Assembly (NCBI GenBank): GCA_963833505.1
Contig: CAWHYG010000007.1
Span: forward strand, 195,964 to 259,963
Reading direction: 5' to 3'
DNA from: Candidatus Eiseniibacteriota bacterium
Lineage (GTDB): Bacteria > Eisenbacteria > RBG-16-71-46 > CAIMUX01
DNA: 64,000 bases
Below are positions 1 through 8,935 of the stretch, piece by piece. Both the position numbers and the translations under genes were made by a program. Every line of letters begins with the position of its first letter. The first letter of the stretch is position 1. Below the pieces are notes generated by a model that was given only the letters and a program-made list of their open reading frames with translations, was not told the DNA's origin and did not search any database.

Positions 1-1
1 C

Positions 2-334
2 GGGGCCTACGTCTATCGCGCCGTGGCCCGCGACGCTTCCGGGGTTCGGGAGCTCGAGCATGCCCAGGGCCGGTTCTGGGTCGAGACCATGGGGCCGGAG
101 TTCGCCCGCACATGGACCGACACCGAAGCCCTCACCGAGATCGCGAAGCGGAGCGGAGGCGCCGAGGCCGACCCGTCGGGGCTGGCCGGGCTGCTCGAAT
201 CCATCCCGAGGTCGATCCGCCGAATGGGCCGGATCAAGGAAATCGAAGTCTGGAATCACTGGCTCCTGTTCCTGTGCTTCGTATCCGCGCTGTCCGTGGA
301 GTGGTTCCTGCGCCGGCGCCGCGGGCTCGCTTGA
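2..334 (+). CDS. hypothetical protein, C-terminal fragment (gene starts upstream of window)
   Basis: Frame open from window edge to stop at 334 (same frame as ORF 23..334); C-terminal hydrophobic helix WNHWLLFLCFVSALSVEWFL then RRRR; no family recognised. Confidence 0.35.
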   Translation, partial: GAYVYRAVARDASGVRELEHAQGRFWVETMGPEFARTWTDTEALTEIAKRSGGAEADPSGLAGLLESIPRSIRRMGRIKEIEVWNHWLLFLCFVSALSVEWFLRRRRGLA

Positions 335-336
335 TG

Positions 337-980
337 CCCGTCGACGCCGGTTTCGTCTCGGGGACGGAGCCGTTCGTGCCAGCCCCACGCCCCGGCGCGC
401 CAAAGCCTCCGTGGACCGGGTCGTCGGCCCTGCTCCGTGCGGCTCCGCGCACTTGCGTGCGCTCCCGCCGTACTCCGGCACGGGCCTCCTTCATGGTCCA
501 CTCCGGCTTCGGCGCGCCAGGGCTCTGCTGTGGACCCTGAACGCGGGTCTTGGCTCGTGAACTGAGCCGTTCGTGCCAGCCCCACGCCCCGGCGCGCCAA
601 AGCCTCCGTGGACCGGGTCGTCGGCTCTGCTCCGTGCGGCTCCGCGCACTTGCGTGCGCTCCCGCCGTACTCCGGCACGGGCCTCCTTCATGGTCCACTC
701 CGGCTTCGGCGTGCCAGGGCTCCGCTGTGGACCCTGAACGCCGGTCTTGGTTCGTGAACTGAGCCGTTCGTGCCAGTCCCACGCCCCGGCGCGCCAAAGC
801 CTCCGTGGACCGGGTCGTCGGCCCTGCTCCGTGCGGCTCCGCGCACTTGCGTGCGCTCCCGCCGTACTCCGGCACGGGCCTCCTTCATGGTCCACTCCGG
901 CTTCGGCGCGCCAGGGCTCCGCTGTGGACCCTGAACGCCGGTCTTGGCTCGTGAACTGAGCCGTTCGTGCCAGTCCCGCG
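337..980. repeat. tandem repeat, 197-bp unit x ~3.2 copies, intergenic
   Basis: Motif gagccgttcgtgcc recurs at 367, 564, 761 and 958 (exact 197-bp period); copies nearly identical; unit not a multiple of 3 and contains palindromes (gcgcacttgcgtgcgc, ggcgcgcc). Confidence 0.85.
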
Positions 981-1079
981 CCGTGACTTCGTGATCTCCG
1001 CCGGGCACCGCGGTCCCGATCCTGCTAACCAGATCTTCCCGTCGAAGCGGCGACAACGCCCGCCGCCGAAGGGAGACCG

Positions 1080-2888
1080 ATGTCGACCACATCCCACACT
1101 GCTTTCGCCTTCTCGATCCGTGCCACCCCGGAAGCTCCGCGCGAAACGACGCCGACGTCCCGGACGAGCCGGTCGGACGGCGACGCCCACCGGTCCTGCT
1201 TCAACTGGCGGAGTCTTGTCTTCGCCGCGTGCCTGGCGGCCTGCTGTCTCTCGTTTGCGACGCCGGGAGCCGTCCCGGCCGCGCTCTCGATCAACGAGGT
1301 TTTCTACGATCCGGCCGGCACCGACGCGGGTTTCGAATGGGTCGAGCTGTACAACTCCGGGCCGTGGGCCGAGACGCTGGAAGGAGCCGCGATCGAATCG
1401 GGCGGCGAGTCCGCCTCCAATCCCTGGAAGCAGGTCTGGGCAGGTTCGGAAGGGGAGTGGGTCGATTCCCGAGGCTTCTTCTGGATCGGGGGATCCTACG
1501 CGGGCCGTTCTGCGGACTCGCCCGGGACGCTGGACCTGCGGAACGGATCCGGCGCCGTCCGGCTTCTTCGCGGCGGTCTCGAGTTGAATCGGGTCGGCTG
1601 GGGGAACCTCGAAGACGCGGATCTCTTCGAGGGAGAACCGGCGCGGACCGGGCCGGCAGGGCGAAGTCTCGCCCGCAAGGAGGACGGCCTCGACACCGGT
1701 GACAATCAGGCGGACTTCGAGATCGCCTTGCCGACTCCCGGCCGTTCGAACCATCCCCCGTGCGATCTGGCGGTGCGACTCCTTCGGAGCGGGCGCGGGC
1801 TGCCGATCCCGGAGGGCACGGAAGCGTTCCTGACCGGGGTCCTTCTGGAGAACCTCGGACGATCGGACCTGTCGCCGGCCCGGGTGAGCCTGACGGTGGA
1901 TGGAATCTCGGTGCTGCCTGATCCTGCGCGGACGCTTCCCGACATCGACTCGGGCAGCTCGGTGCTGATCCCGTGGACCGTTCCGCTCCGTTCGCAAGTC
2001 GGACTGGGCCAGTGGACCTGCCGTGCCCGACTGGACGGGGATACCGAGCCGACGGATGACGCTGACACGCTGCGCCTTTGGGTCGGCCCCTCTCCGGTGC
2101 GCTTGCTCAAGCTCGCGCCGCACCCGATCAGTGGCGCGACCGAGTGGCTGGCTCTTCAAGCCGCGGCCGATCCGGGCCGGGCGCCTGCTTCGTCGATCTC
2201 ACTTGAAGGCTGGTCTGTGAAAGATTTGAGCGGCAACAAGATCCGCATTGAATCGGCCGCCCCGGTTCCGCCGGATGGAATCCGGATCGTGGCCCGCGAC
2301 TCGACCGCGATGAAAGCGACGCCGGGCTTCGCGCCGGGGACGCTCCTGGCGTGGTCGGGAACCTGGCCGTCCCTCAATGACGCGGCCGGCCCGGGGGAAG
2401 CCGCCGACTCGGTCTTCCTGCTCGACCCTCACGGGGTCATTGCGGACTGGGCGGCCTACGGTTCGACCGGGCCGGGCGAAGTGTGGATCCGTCTTTCGGG
2501 CGCGGAGCACGGCCCCACCGGTTGGACCGTGGATCCAGCCGCGAGCGCACCCGGAGTCGCGGTCGAAGGCCCCAAGGTCGCCGATCCGGAAGGAGATCAC
2601 TGGGCTCCAGCCGCTCTGGCCCTGGGCCGGGACGCCGGGGGCGCCTGGTTTCGATTGGCCGCCCGGTTGTTTCCGGGCTCCTGGGAGGTTCGCGTCGTGA
2701 ACCTCGAGGGCCGGGAGGTCTGGAGGTTCCACGGCGCCACCGTAGATCGAGCGGACTGCTGGATCCGATGGGATGGGCAAAGCTCCGGTGGAACGAGCCC
2801 GGCCGGCCTTTACCTGGTCCAGGCCCGGATCCGTTCGCAGAGCGGAGCCGAGCAGGTCCTGCGGGCGCCGCTGGTGCTCGACCGATGA
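1080..2888 (+). CDS. lamin-tail-domain (LTD) secreted protein with C-terminal FlgD-Ig-like / T9SS-CTD-like beta-sandwich domain
   Basis: ORF 1080..2888; N-terminal hydrophobic signal-like segment LVFAACLAACCLSFATPGAV; LTD signature INEVFYDPAGTDAGFEWVELYNSG; C-terminal ~70 aa with V-x-L-x-GR-x-V ... WDG ... GLYLV pattern; start codon uncertain. Confidence 0.7.
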   Translation: MSTTSHTAFAFSIRATPEAPRETTPTSRTSRSDGDAHRSCFNWRSLVFAACLAACCLSFATPGAVPAALSINEVFYDPAGTDAGFEWVELYNSGPWAETLEGAAIESGGESASNPWKQVWAGSEGEWVDSRGFFWIGGSYAGRSADSPGTLDLRNGSGAVRLLRGGLELNRVGWGNLEDADLFEGEPARTGPAGRSLARKEDGLDTGDNQADFEIALPTPGRSNHPPCDLAVRLLRSGRGLPIPEGTEAFLTGVLLENLGRSDLSPARVSLTVDGISVLPDPARTLPDIDSGSSVLIPWTVPLRSQVGLGQWTCRARLDGDTEPTDDADTLRLWVGPSPVRLLKLAPHPISGATEWLALQAAADPGRAPASSISLEGWSVKDLSGNKIRIESAAPVPPDGIRIVARDSTAMKATPGFAPGTLLAWSGTWPSLNDAAGPGEAADSVFLLDPHGVIADWAAYGSTGPGEVWIRLSGAEHGPTGWTVDPAASAPGVAVEGPKVADPEGDHWAPAALALGRDAGGAWFRLAARLFPGSWEVRVVNLEGREVWRFHGATVDRADCWIRWDGQSSGGTSPAGLYLVQARIRSQSGAEQVLRAPLVLDR

Positions 2889-4924
2889 TGGCGCGCGCGT
2901 CTGCGGCCTCGAGGCCGGACTTCCTGAGGACGTGCCGATGGCGCCGCGCCGGAATCACGGTTCTTCTCGGCTGGATGCTGTTCGCGCCGCCGGCCCGGGC
3001 CGCGTTCGAGATCCGCCTGGGCGGGCCGATCGGGTCGCCGCTCGTCCCTCCGTTCCTGCCCGCGCCGTTCGAGTGGTTGGATGAGGTGCCGGCAAAGCTG
3101 TCGCCCGGGCTGGCCGTCGGGGCGCTGCACCTCGAGCCGTTCGGGCTTCCGGCCGTGACGTACGACGCCTGCGCCGTCGGCGGCTCGTTTCGCTCCTTCG
3201 CGCCGCATCTGCGCGTGGCGCGCCTCGCAGCAGCCGGCTACGCCGAAGACGAGGTGTCGGCGGGCCTCAAGAGCCGCTGCGGCCTGGCCGGAGAGGCCGA
3301 TCTGCTCGCGACCCAGGCCGGGCCGGGTCTTCAGACCCAATGGGGCATCCACCCGCACGCCGTGGCCACCGCCTCGGTCGGAGCAGCCCGCGGATGGAGG
3401 TTCTTCCGAGGTTCGCTCTGGATTCAGGACGCGCTTCGATCCGGCGGTTCCCGAAAGCTGGGACTGGCGCCCCGCCCGCAGGTTCGCCTCGAGATCCACG
3501 CCGGCTCCGGTTGGGTCCTGGCCCTGGGCAAGGACTGGGGCGTGTCGGGAGTTTCCGGCGGTCGTGCCCTGGCCGCCGTGCAATGGTCGCCCGGTTCGCT
3601 TCTCAAGGTCGGCGAGTGCTGGTCGGGGAGCGGCCCCGAGTGCCACTGGCTCGAGGCCGGCGCAGGCGCGCTGGAAGGCCTGCTGTGGAGCGCCTCAACG
3701 GAAAGCGGAGTTCCAGCGACGCCCGGGATCGCGCTCGCATGCTGCGTCCCGCGCGCCGGGAGGCCGGCCTCGAAGCCGAAGGACCGGTTCCTTTGGATGC
3801 GGCAGGCCTGTGATGGCGATCGGAGATCGGGCGTTCCTGGCGCGGCGGTCCGACTCGCGGATGAGCGCGCAGCGACCGGACCGGCGGACGGGAGGCCCGA
3901 ACCGCCGTCCTCGAAACCCGATTCGATGGCCGTGGATCAACCCCTGACCGAGCCAATGCCCTCGACCCCTGATTCGACGGCGGCGGACCAACCCGTGACC
4001 GACGCGGCGCTCGAAGACCTCGATGGCCCTCTTTTCCGGGACGGGCAGCTTCTGGATCAATGGGCGGAGGCCGACAGCTTCGGCGCCGAAACCGACTCCC
4101 TTTCCCCCGGCGATGGCGGAGCTTGCCGGGCTGCATCCTTGGGGCCTTCCACGGCGGCAAGGTCCCGGACTGCCTTGGGATCAGGCGTTCCGCGTCTTCG
4201 CGACGACCACGCCTGGTTTGGCCCGAACGGAGCCCGGCCCTGGCAATCGGATGACGCCCGGTTCGTGCGGCCGTTGGATCCGGGCGCCCTCAGCCTGCAG
4301 GTTGCGGCGCAAAACGGCCGGCCGCGCGACGCAGTGGGTCGGAGGCGGGCTCCTTCAGACTTCGCGGCTCGAGGCGGTCGCCGCCACCGGAGGTTGCCCG
4401 CTCTTCTTCGGGGTCGGTCTGTTGGCGCGAGCGCCGGCGGTGTTCCTGCAGACTCCCGGGGATTCGTCGGGTCGCGGCCTTCCCGCCGCTTCGAGGTCCG
4501 TGCGCGGCGGGACGCGAGCCGGCCGCGATCCCGATCCGTCTCTCTCGCCCGAAGCGACGGCTCAAGGCTTCTCGATCGGCCTGGCCGGGAGAATCGGCCG
4601 AGGCGTTCGTCTCCTGGCCTCGGAGGAACACGACGGCTCGCCGGTGGGATCGGAGAGTCATTGCATCGGCGTCCGCCGCGACGGGGCCGAATGGTCGGAG
4701 GGCGGTCTGTTGCGCTCGGCGCAACGCGGGCCGGGCGCGGCCGGCATCTGGGTCGCCCGGCGGCGGCCGGGGGAGGAGACGTCCCTGGAAATCGCGCGCC
4801 TGACGCCGTGCCTTGGTCAGGCCGGCGTTCGCTGGAGCCGGTTCCTGACCGGGGATCGCGGGCGCCGGCTCTGGTGGGACCTGGTCGTCCGGCAGGCTCT
4901 GCTTCCCTTGGATCGCTTGGATGA
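2885..4924 (+). CDS. hypothetical secreted protein (probably the 5' part of a longer frameshifted gene ending at 5693)
   Basis: ATG at 2885 overlaps the upstream stop (ATGA coupling); signal-peptide-like RRAGITVLLGWMLFAPPARA; codon third-position GC bias is clear up to ~4080, then the frame decays into Arg-rich translation; true 3' end uncertain. Confidence 0.4.
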   Translation: MMARASAASRPDFLRTCRWRRAGITVLLGWMLFAPPARAAFEIRLGGPIGSPLVPPFLPAPFEWLDEVPAKLSPGLAVGALHLEPFGLPAVTYDACAVGGSFRSFAPHLRVARLAAAGYAEDEVSAGLKSRCGLAGEADLLATQAGPGLQTQWGIHPHAVATASVGAARGWRFFRGSLWIQDALRSGGSRKLGLAPRPQVRLEIHAGSGWVLALGKDWGVSGVSGGRALAAVQWSPGSLLKVGECWSGSGPECHWLEAGAGALEGLLWSASTESGVPATPGIALACCVPRAGRPASKPKDRFLWMRQACDGDRRSGVPGAAVRLADERAATGPADGRPEPPSSKPDSMAVDQPLTEPMPSTPDSTAADQPVTDAALEDLDGPLFRDGQLLDQWAEADSFGAETDSLSPGDGGACRAASLGPSTAARSRTALGSGVPRLRDDHAWFGPNGARPWQSDDARFVRPLDPGALSLQVAAQNGRPRDAVGRRRAPSDFAARGGRRHRRLPALLRGRSVGASAGGVPADSRGFVGSRPSRRFEVRARRDASRPRSRSVSLARSDGSRLLDRPGRENRPRRSSPGLGGTRRLAGGIGESLHRRPPRRGRMVGGRSVALGATRAGRGRHLGRPAAAGGGDVPGNRAPDAVPWSGRRSLEPVPDRGSRAPALVGPGRPAGSASLGSLG

Positions 4925-5693
4925 CGGCGACCCGCCCGGCGCCCCCGCCAGGACGCTTTCGTATCGAGGGGCGGAGCTGGGCGCGTCCTCCGGGCGCCAG
5001 TCGGCCGGGGCTCAGGTTCTGTGGGAGCGGCGCGCGGCGTGTCTCGATCCGGCCTCCGGCGATCCGACTACGCCGCGGCTCCGCGAAGCCGAGGTCCGGC
5101 ACCTGCGGCTGTCCGGACAGGGATTCGTGACCGCGGGAATCGCCTGGACCTTCCGCGCCGACGCCCGGGACCGGACAGCCGTCACCGTGGGATTGCCGGA
5201 CGCGCCGTTTGAATCCGGGTTGTCCACCAGCACGAGCCGGATCCGAGCGCGCGCGACGCTCGAATCGACCGCCGGCGGCGGCCTTCTCGTCGGGCTCCCG
5301 TCCGGATATGGGCTCGAGCTGGGAGAAGAGGCGCTCCGGTCATCTTCCTCGGGAGGCTCCGATGCCGCCGTGCCTGCCCTCTGGGCCGGCGCCTGGCACA
5401 AATGCGCGATCCTGCGGCGGATCGACGGAGCGTTCGGTTTCGTCGTGATTCAACTTCCCGGATCGCGAAGCCTCTCGCTTTCCCCGTTCTGGATCGGAGG
5501 GAGCCGGTTCCCGGTTCGGGCCGGCGGATTCTGGAGCGCGGTCCGGGTGTCCGGGCGGCTCGGTCCCCTGGCCTGGTGGCTTCGCGGGTTTGTTCCCATC
5601 CGTCCGGAAGGAAGTCGTTCCACCGGGTCTGCCCGTCGGAATCCGGGAGGTGGATTCGAAGCCAGCGTGCATTTCGAAAGTGGAGCGGCCTGA
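4023..5693 (+). CDS. hypothetical protein, beta-rich/aromatic-rich C-terminal region (possible outer-membrane domain); probably the 3' part of the gene starting at 2885
   Basis: ORF 4023..5693; strong GC3 codon bias from ~4550 to the stop; overlaps the preceding ORF in another frame, so a frameshift or two overlapping genes; true start uncertain. Confidence 0.4.
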   Translation: MALFSGTGSFWINGRRPTASAPKPTPFPPAMAELAGLHPWGLPRRQGPGLPWDQAFRVFATTTPGLARTEPGPGNRMTPGSCGRWIRAPSACRLRRKTAGRATQWVGGGLLQTSRLEAVAATGGCPLFFGVGLLARAPAVFLQTPGDSSGRGLPAASRSVRGGTRAGRDPDPSLSPEATAQGFSIGLAGRIGRGVRLLASEEHDGSPVGSESHCIGVRRDGAEWSEGGLLRSAQRGPGAAGIWVARRRPGEETSLEIARLTPCLGQAGVRWSRFLTGDRGRRLWWDLVVRQALLPLDRLDDGDPPGAPARTLSYRGAELGASSGRQSAGAQVLWERRAACLDPASGDPTTPRLREAEVRHLRLSGQGFVTAGIAWTFRADARDRTAVTVGLPDAPFESGLSTSTSRIRARATLESTAGGGLLVGLPSGYGLELGEEALRSSSSGGSDAAVPALWAGAWHKCAILRRIDGAFGFVVIQLPGSRSLSLSPFWIGGSRFPVRAGGFWSAVRVSGRLGPLAWWLRGFVPIRPEGSRSTGSARRNPGGGFEASVHFESGAA

Positions 5694-6164
5694 GCCATGG
5701 CTTCACGGGTCGAACGGCCCGCCTGAGCCGTGGCTTCACGGGCCAAACGGCTTCAAACGCGGATGCCGGAATCGAGAAGGGGCCCGATCCGTGCGAACGG
5801 ATGGGCCCCGATTCTCTTTGTGCGGGCTTTCCGGGGCTTTGAGAGCCGCTTGTGGCGGCAGTCCAGGGGACCTCCGGGGATCGCCCGAATCCGAAGGTGC
5901 GTCCACCCCCGGTTCCGCGCTTCCCGAGCTGTGATGTCAAGAAGTCGGTGACGGGTCCCGGATTCTCTTGCGCCCCGCCGTTCCGAGCGCCGGCAGCGCT
6001 GCCGGCCCGGATCGATCGGTCCCATTCGACGATTCCGTTTTGGTCCGGAATCGCCGCCGGCCGCGACGCGGCGACAAGATGGGCGGGAAACTAGATGGGC
6101 CCCGGGCCCCTGTCAAGCGGCCTGTGAGCCAAAGCGCTTGTGCTCGATTCTCCCTGGATCGAGC

Positions 6165-7724
6165 ATGAGGGACATGGACCCGTCTTCTTTGCTCGACCGG
6201 ATCCACCTCGCGATGGTGGAGTCGGGAAGGACATGGCCGGCCGGCGAGCTGGCCCGGGAGTTTCTCCGGCTCACCGTGGATGGCCCTGCGCCCCAGGCCC
6301 TCATCCGCCGCATGTTGGCGGCTGATCGGCGCTTCGCCGAAGTCGCTCCCGGACAATGGGCCGCCCTTCGGAGGTCGAGCCTGCCTCTCGTGGATGGCGG
6401 CTATGTTCTCGCATGGGTCGAGATCGGGGAATCGCCATCTCCGGAGGGATGGCGGCTGCACCTTCGGCCCTACGAGCCGCGCAACCAGGGATCGGGGGGC
6501 GCTCCGGATTGCATCACGGTCACCTCAGGAGATCCCGATCATCTCGAGCGCGCTCGCCGGACCTGGGAAGGGCGCCGTCTGGCCACGTTCCAGTCCGGTC
6601 CGCTCGGCCGGTTCCTGCAATGGATGGAGCGTCGTTGGGGACTGGCGGAGTGGAGCTCGCCGCTGGTGGATCTGCAGGCCTGGGTCCGGGTGGCGTTGCT
6701 TCGAGAGGGGCTCGGTCCGGCGGAGACGCAAAAGGCGCTTCAGCTCTCCTCGTTGTCCGAGCGGTGGCGGCTGGGCCCGATGTCCGAACTGCCCCCCGGC
6801 GTGCCCCTGCCCGCGCTGTCCGCCGTGTTCGATCGGGTCTTGGAGCGATTCGGATCGTGGACGGAAGAGGCCATGGCCCGGGAGTGGGAGGAGGGCTTCG
6901 CTCCGCGACCCGTTCCTTGGGAACGATTCGCGTTTGATCCCGCGGAGGTCGAGGCGGTTCCCGATTCCCCGGGCATCTATCGTTTCTATGATGACCGGGA
7001 AACCCTGCTCTACGTCGGCAAAGCGGTGCGCCTTGCCCGGCGGGTCGGGTCGTACTTCCGGCCGCTGCCTCCGGAGTCGACCAAGAGGGAGCAACTCCTC
7101 CAGAAGATCCACCGGTTCGAGGTGGAGCCGCTGCCTTCGGAGCTGGAGGCGTTGGTTCGGGAGGCCGAGGCGATCCGACTGGCGCGGCCGCCGTGGAACG
7201 TGCAGGTCGAGATCCATCCGATCGAGCGGTTGTCTCCCGATTGGTGGTGGCCGCTGGTCTTCGTCGCGCCAGGAGAGGATCCCCTCAGGGTGTCCGCGTT
7301 CCTCGTGGCCGGGCCGGAACAGGCCTTCCTGATGCACCTGCCGAGGGAGGGACGAGCCGAGGAGCTGTGTGATCTCGCCGCCTGGCTGGATCAGCGGCTG
7401 GAAGACGGGGGAGATCCAGCGAGACGGGACGAGTCCTCCGACCGCAACGGGCCGCAGGCGGAACTCGTCCGCGACGGGGACATGGCGGATGCGGTCGATC
7501 GGTACACTCCGAAGGCGCTGGAGCCGCCGGAGGCCAGGCTAGTGCTGCGCTTCTATCTCCGGCAGCGGGATCTGTTGCACCGGGTCGAATCCGTGCACTT
7601 CACGAACGGCTTCGCGCTTCTCGAGGGTCTCCTGGCCCTGGCTCAGTCGGCGCCTCAGGGCTCTCCGATCGATCAGCGACCGTCGCGGCGTGGTCCGCTC
7701 GATTCTGCCGTCCGGAGTTCGTGA
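6165..7724 (+). CDS. GIY-YIG nuclease domain protein with large uncharacterised N- and C-terminal regions
   Basis: ORF 6138..7724; central motif PGIYRFYDDRETLLYVGKAVRLARRVGSYF ... EALVREAEAIRLARPPWNVQ matches the GIY-YIG (UvrC N-terminal-like) fold; start taken at the in-frame MRDMD. Confidence 0.6.
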   Translation: MRDMDPSSLLDRIHLAMVESGRTWPAGELAREFLRLTVDGPAPQALIRRMLAADRRFAEVAPGQWAALRRSSLPLVDGGYVLAWVEIGESPSPEGWRLHLRPYEPRNQGSGGAPDCITVTSGDPDHLERARRTWEGRRLATFQSGPLGRFLQWMERRWGLAEWSSPLVDLQAWVRVALLREGLGPAETQKALQLSSLSERWRLGPMSELPPGVPLPALSAVFDRVLERFGSWTEEAMAREWEEGFAPRPVPWERFAFDPAEVEAVPDSPGIYRFYDDRETLLYVGKAVRLARRVGSYFRPLPPESTKREQLLQKIHRFEVEPLPSELEALVREAEAIRLARPPWNVQVEIHPIERLSPDWWWPLVFVAPGEDPLRVSAFLVAGPEQAFLMHLPREGRAEELCDLAAWLDQRLEDGGDPARRDESSDRNGPQAELVRDGDMADAVDRYTPKALEPPEARLVLRFYLRQRDLLHRVESVHFTNGFALLEGLLALAQSAPQGSPIDQRPSRRGPLDSAVRSS

Positions 7725-7857
7725 TCCATGCTAGACTTCGTCGCGAATCGCATGCGCAGTTTGGGTGATCGGTTTCTGAAGAACGGCCGATACTCATAGC
7801 GGAAGGGCGGTCACGGTTCCCTTCCGCGCGCTCCGGCAATCCTGATCCCGGCCGTGT

Positions 7858-7890
7858 CATCCTACCCCGCAAGGGGTAGGATGGGTTTTT
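7858..7890 (+). terminator. intrinsic-terminator-like hairpin (11-bp perfect stem, GCAA tetraloop, then GGTTTTT) directly upstream of the arcC RBS
   Basis: catcctacccc-gcaa-ggggtaggatg followed by ggttttt; arcC RBS ggggagg and ATG 7903 follow immediately; a second hairpin cggaaggg...cccttccg lies at ~7800-7826. Confidence 0.5.
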
Positions 7891-7902
7891 GGGGAGGATT
7901 CG

Positions 7903-8865
7903 ATGACACGCACCGTGTTGCTCTCCCTGGGGGGCAACGCCATCCTTCCCGGCCGCGGCGCGGGAACAATCGGTGAGCAGTTCCGGGTCACCCAGGCTTC
8001 CATGACGCACGTTGCCGACCTGCTCGAGCAGGGCGTGCGCGTGATCCTGACCCACGGGAACGGTCCGATCGTCGGCAACATCCTCGTCCGGAATCAAATG
8101 GCTCGAGACCGGATCCCTCCCATGCCTCTCGACGTGTGCGGGGCCGATTCCCAGGGTGGCATCGGTTACATGATCCAGCAAACCCTGCAAAACATCCTGC
8201 GCGAGCGCCGGATCCCACGTCCGGTCACGACCGTGGTGACGCAGGTGGTCGTGGACGGGAACGATTCCGCCTTCACCCATCCGACCAAGCCGATCGGACC
8301 CTTCTACACCGAGGAGGAGGCCCGGAACCTGGAACGGCTGAACGGCTGGACGATGGCGGAGGACTCCGGACGCGGGATGCGCCGCGTCGTGCCGAGCCCG
8401 CGTCCGCTCAGGATCGTCGAGGAATCGGCGATCCGCGCGCTCTTCGAGGCCGGGCACGTCGTCATCGCGGCGGGGGGCGGCGGAATTCCTGTGCGGGAGG
8501 ACGGCGGCGCGCTGCGCGGGGTCGAGGCGGTCATCGACAAGGACCTCACGTCGGTGATCCTCGCCCTGGCGGTGAAGGTCGACACCTTGATCAACATCAC
8601 CGCGGTCGACCAGGTGCTGCTCGATTACGGCAAGCCCACCAGCCGGGCCGTTCCGCTTCTCACGATCGACGAAGCCAGACGCTACCTGGACGAGGGGCAG
8701 TTCCCCGAGGGCAGCATGGGTCCGAAGATCCGCGCCGCGATCCGCTTCCTGGAGGCGGGAGGACGCGAGGTGATCATCACGAGCCCTCCCGGAGTCCGGG
8801 AATCGCTGCGCGGTCGCGCCGGGACTCGGATCATCCCGGCCAGAGCCCAGGCGCCCGTTTCCTGA
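7903..8865 (+). CDS. arcC: carbamate kinase
   Basis: ORF 7903..8865, 320 aa; motifs LLSLGGNAI, THGNGPIVG, GSMGPKIRAA typical of carbamate kinase; RBS ggggagg upstream. Confidence 0.9.
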   Translation: MTRTVLLSLGGNAILPGRGAGTIGEQFRVTQASMTHVADLLEQGVRVILTHGNGPIVGNILVRNQMARDRIPPMPLDVCGADSQGGIGYMIQQTLQNILRERRIPRPVTTVVTQVVVDGNDSAFTHPTKPIGPFYTEEEARNLERLNGWTMAEDSGRGMRRVVPSPRPLRIVEESAIRALFEAGHVVIAAGGGGIPVREDGGALRGVEAVIDKDLTSVILALAVKVDTLINITAVDQVLLDYGKPTSRAVPLLTIDEARRYLDEGQFPEGSMGPKIRAAIRFLEAGGREVIITSPPGVRESLRGRAGTRIIPARAQAPVS

Positions 8866-8935
8866 CCGGTGCGAGTCCTGACCGAGTCCTGACCGGCGCG
8901 AGCGGGCCGCGCGGGTTGCAGGACGGTCCCAGGCC

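Noticed and set aside
337-980. Possible CRISPR array
   Set aside because: The repeat unit is 197 bp and the whole unit is reiterated without unique spacers; no cas genes nearby.
885-2159. 424-aa minus-strand ORF overlapping the repeat array and the LTD gene
   Set aside because: Arg/Pro/Gly-rich translation typical of antisense or out-of-frame reading in high-GC DNA; the part crossing the repeat array just echoes the repeat; the + strand LTD gene has clear domain motifs.
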